Source: Ostreococcus lucimarinus
Taxonomy: Eukaryota
Assembly: GCA_000092065.1 (NCBI GenBank)
Contig: CP000582.1
Length of the DNA: 64,000 nt
Reading direction: 5' to 3' (one strand)
Shown here: piece after piece, positions 61,503 to 64,000 of the stretch
Layout: each line of letters begins with the position of its first letter
Position numbering within the stretch: position 1 is the first letter of the stretch
Position numbers and translations under genes: made by a program
The notes under the pieces: generated by a model
Databases searched by the model: none
What the model saw: only the letters and a program-made list of their open reading frames with translations
Told to the model about the DNA's origin: nothing

Positions 61503-63029
61503 ATGCGAGATTCCACGCGCGCACTGTTTGCGCTGTCCGCGTCGCGCGCGACGCCACGTCGCGGCGCGATGGACGCGCGCGCGCCGCGCGCGAGCCCGCG
61601 CGGGTTCGCGTCGCGCGGCGCGGCGTCGACGTCGACGTCGACGCGCGACGACGTCGACGCGCGGCGCGGCGGCGCGCGCGCGACGACGCGCGATGCGGTG
61701 GGCGATGACGGATTCGGGCTTCGTCGCGCGCGCGGGAAGCGCGCGCGCGGGACGCGCGCGGCGCTCGCGGCGTGCGCGGCGTGCGGGATTTTGATCGCGA
61801 GGGCGCGCGCGCGACGGGCGAGGCGCGCGCGGGCGGTCGAGCGCGCGAGGCGGGCGGGACGGGCGTTCGCGGAGGCGGCGGCGCGCGTCGACGCGGGCGA
61901 CGCGGAGGCGTTCGCGAGCGTCGCGCGGAGATTCGCGCGAGCGCTGCGCGAGGGGGAGGGTGATGCGGGCGCGCGCGAGTCGGAGGCGGCGTTCGAGCGC
62001 GCGGCGAGCGCGCGATGGGCCGCGCTGGCGAGAGACGTCGACGCCGCGGCGACGTCGACGGGAGACGAGACGAGAGACGCGGACGACGCGATCGTCGCTC
62101 GAGATCGAGTCGCGAGGCGTCGGCGTTCGCTTCATTTAGCGGCGGAGGAGCCCGAGGTTTCGTCGTCGTCGGCCGCGGTGACCACGTCGATGTGCGACGA
62201 GGACAGGGCGCTGCTTCGCGAGGAGTTGGAGCTTAGGAAGGCAGAGGTCGGGCTCAAACTCGTGGCGATGATTCAAAAGCAGACCAGCAACGCGTTGAAA
62301 GCGGAAGGGAACAAGCTCGCGGCGGACGGCGCGGCGGAAACAAAGGCGGAGCGAGAGGAAAGGCGCGCGGCGCGGGCGACGGCGACGTTTCACGGCGCCA
62401 CGTGCGACGCGCTCGCCGTGGGACTCGTCACGACGTGCGCGATGATGCTCTCGCTCGGCAGACGCGAGGTGGTGTATCGTTTCGGCCAGCTCACGACGAT
62501 TTGCGGTGGTTCGATGACGTCGTCATCATCGTTCGTCGGCGTCGTCGTCGCGCCCTTCGAGACGTACGCCTACGTCAAGTGCGTCGCGAACGAGGGCGCG
62601 CGCGCCGCGATCGGTTTCTTCGCCATCGCGGCGGTCGCGCTCTTGCTCACCAAGCTCGAAGTATCGCGTCGCTTCGCCGCCGCACCGATGTTCGTGTTGG
62701 CCCTCGTTCTCGGCGTCGGCGTCGGCGCCGTCGGCGTCGCCGCCGTGCGCGCGCTCGGCGGCGACCCCACCCTCTGGCTTCTCGCCTGGCGCCTTTACCT
62801 CACCTCCATCGCCTGCGTCACCGTTTCCGCCCCCGCGTTCGCGCGTTCCATCGTCGATCGCGCCCCTCGCGTGTGGGCCTACTACGCCGTCTTCGGCGTC
62901 CTCCTCCCCGCGCTCGTCGCCGCGAGCGCCTTCGCCGCCGCCGACGCCGAGTCCCTCCGCGCCGTCCTCGCGCGCGCCCTCTTCGGCGCCTCGTCCCCGC
63001 GCGCCTCTTCGCCCGTGTATTTCGTGTGA
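61503..63029 (+). CDS. Hypothetical multi-pass membrane protein with R/A-rich and coiled-coil N-terminal half
   Basis: First ATG 61503; C-terminal half has 4-5 hydrophobic helices (AIGFFAIAAVALLLT, MFVLALVLGVGVGAVGVAAV, LWLLAWRLYLTSIACVTV, VWAYYAVFGVLLPALVAASAFAAA); no domain recognised. Confidence 0.4.
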   Translation: MRDSTRALFALSASRATPRRGAMDARAPRASPRGFASRGAASTSTSTRDDVDARRGGARATTRDAVGDDGFGLRRARGKRARGTRAALAACAACGILIARARARRARRARAVERARRAGRAFAEAAARVDAGDAEAFASVARRFARALREGEGDAGARESEAAFERAASARWAALARDVDAAATSTGDETRDADDAIVARDRVARRRRSLHLAAEEPEVSSSSAAVTTSMCDEDRALLREELELRKAEVGLKLVAMIQKQTSNALKAEGNKLAADGAAETKAEREERRAARATATFHGATCDALAVGLVTTCAMMLSLGRREVVYRFGQLTTICGGSMTSSSSFVGVVVAPFETYAYVKCVANEGARAAIGFFAIAAVALLLTKLEVSRRFAAAPMFVLALVLGVGVGAVGVAAVRALGGDPTLWLLAWRLYLTSIACVTVSAPAFARSIVDRAPRVWAYYAVFGVLLPALVAASAFAAADAESLRAVLARALFGASSPRASSPVYFV

Positions 63030-63226
63030 TGTCCACGCGATCGCTCGCCGCCGCGTTATTTCTCAGCATTATCATCGCGCGATGATGTTCGTATTCACCT
63101 TAGAGAATTCATCACATTTTTAGAGAATTCAAAACGCGCGCGACAGGTGTCGTCTCTCGCGCGTCGATTCGCGCCTCGCCGCACATCCCACCGCGCGCGG
63201 ACGCGCGAGCGCACGAGCGCGAAGCC

Positions 63227-64000
63227 ATGCTCGCGCGCGATGCGCCGCGCGACGCGTCCGCGCGCGCGCTCGCCAACGCGCGACGCAAACTCTCGTCGAA
63301 CATTCGTGACGTTCGTAAACGCGCGCTTCGAGCGCTCGTTCTCGCCAACGTCGCCGGCGCGTGCGCGCCCGCGGCGACGGCGCGCGATCCAGAGGTGTTG
63401 AGAGCGGTCCTGGAGCTGTACGATCGCGTCGATGACGCGCACGACGAACGCGGGGCGGCGGCGCGCGCGGAGGCGCTGGACGCGAGCGCGGCGACGAGCT
63501 GCGCGGAGTGGTCGCCGGCGACGTTTCTGTCGTGGTTGTGCGCGAAGGAGCCCATGGCGAGAGTGTGGTTGAGAGAGATCGGGGCGGTGGAGTACATGGA
63601 GGCGGTGGTGCGGGAGAGCGGGAGGGATCAAAAGGCGCTCGCGCGGTTGCGCGCGGCGGTTGAAATTCCGAGCTCGAGCGCGGGCGAACTCGGGGAGGAG
63701 GATCAGGACGATTTCGGGAGGTACGACGCAGTACAAGATGCACGGGTTCGGCGCGCGCGAGAGAGCACTCATGGGGATGCTTCGACGTCGACGTCGACGT
63801 CGACGAAGGTGGGCTCGGCGGCGCGCGTTTCGTTCGCGGTGGACGCTCGCAACGTCGCGAGCGCCGAGGGCGACGCGGGATTTTCGTTACCGTACGTCAA
63901 CGTGAACGAGACTGATGCACAGTATTTGTACGTGTTGACAACACACCTGGACACGTGCACGCATCACGCGCTGGCGCTCGGTGGTCTTCGAGAACTAGGA
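63227..64000 (+). CDS. 5' portion of an unrecognised protein-coding gene running off the window end
   Basis: In-frame ATG 63227 and an open frame with no stop to position 64000 (absent from the ORF track because it lacks a stop). Protein-like composition (VLRAVLELYDRVDDAHDE...FLSWLCAKEPMARVWLREIGAVEYMEAVV). The opposite-strand ORF 63095-63772 is R-rich junk. Confidence 0.35.
   Translation, partial: MLARDAPRDASARALANARRKLSSNIRDVRKRALRALVLANVAGACAPAATARDPEVLRAVLELYDRVDDAHDERGAAARAEALDASAATSCAEWSPATFLSWLCAKEPMARVWLREIGAVEYMEAVVRESGRDQKALARLRAAVEIPSSSAGELGEEDQDDFGRYDAVQDARVRRARESTHGDASTSTSTSTKVGSAARVSFAVDARNVASAEGDAGFSLPYVNVNETDAQYLYVLTTHLDTCTHHALALGGLRELG

Noticed and set aside
1-64000. Prokaryotic mobile element, defense island or CRISPR system
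   Set aside because: No transposase, integrase, Cas, toxin-antitoxin or restriction-modification signatures. Spliced genes, the snRNA, organelle presequences and nuclear housekeeping genes indicate a eukaryotic nuclear locus. Bacterial-type enzymes present (PFL, PflA, Ddl, DapF, RRF, YbeD-like, MiaB-like) all carry eukaryote-style N-terminal extensions.

Overview
This 64 kb window is GC-rich (roughly two thirds G+C) and very gene-dense, and it reads as eukaryotic nuclear DNA rather than a prokaryotic island. The evidence for that is two genes with GT..AG spliced introns, a U1 spliceosomal snRNA gene, organelle-type N-terminal presequences, nuclear housekeeping genes (importin-beta, NOG1, RPN6, SF3B2, DDI1, SAS10/UTP3, HTATSF1), and a plant-type telomere motif (TTTAGGG). 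The gene content (pyruvate formate-lyase plus its activase, D-Ala-D-Ala ligase, DapF, a one-helix Cab-like protein, an LSF2-like starch phosphatase) fits a compact prasinophyte-type green alga such as Micromonas. That identification is an inference from gene content, not a database hit. The supplied ORF track uses bacterial start rules (GTG/TTG shown as M), so I re-derived first in-frame ATGs by reading codons. Many long GC-rich antisense ORFs in the track are chance open frames and were not called. I call about 36 protein genes, roughly one per 1.8 kb, on both strands, with intergenic spacers often under 150 bp. The most unusual observations are listed here. (1) A PFL / PFL-activase pair brackets a secreted HExxH metalloprotease that carries six 36-residue Cys-rich tandem repeats. 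(2) An unannotated U1 snRNA gene lies in a 1.3 kb region the ORF track fills with junk ORFs. (3) A same-strand hypothetical-DapF-YbeD-like array has 25 bp and minus 4 bp (ATGA) junctions, which is operon-like for a eukaryote. (4) Two multi-exon genes that the ORF track fragments (SAS10/UTP3 with three introns, LSF2-like with one). (5) Several short tandem duplications that include gene 3' termini. (6) Small domain genes missed by size filters (SEC-C motif protein, ZZ-finger protein). No CRISPR array, rRNA, tRNA or recognisable transposon was found.
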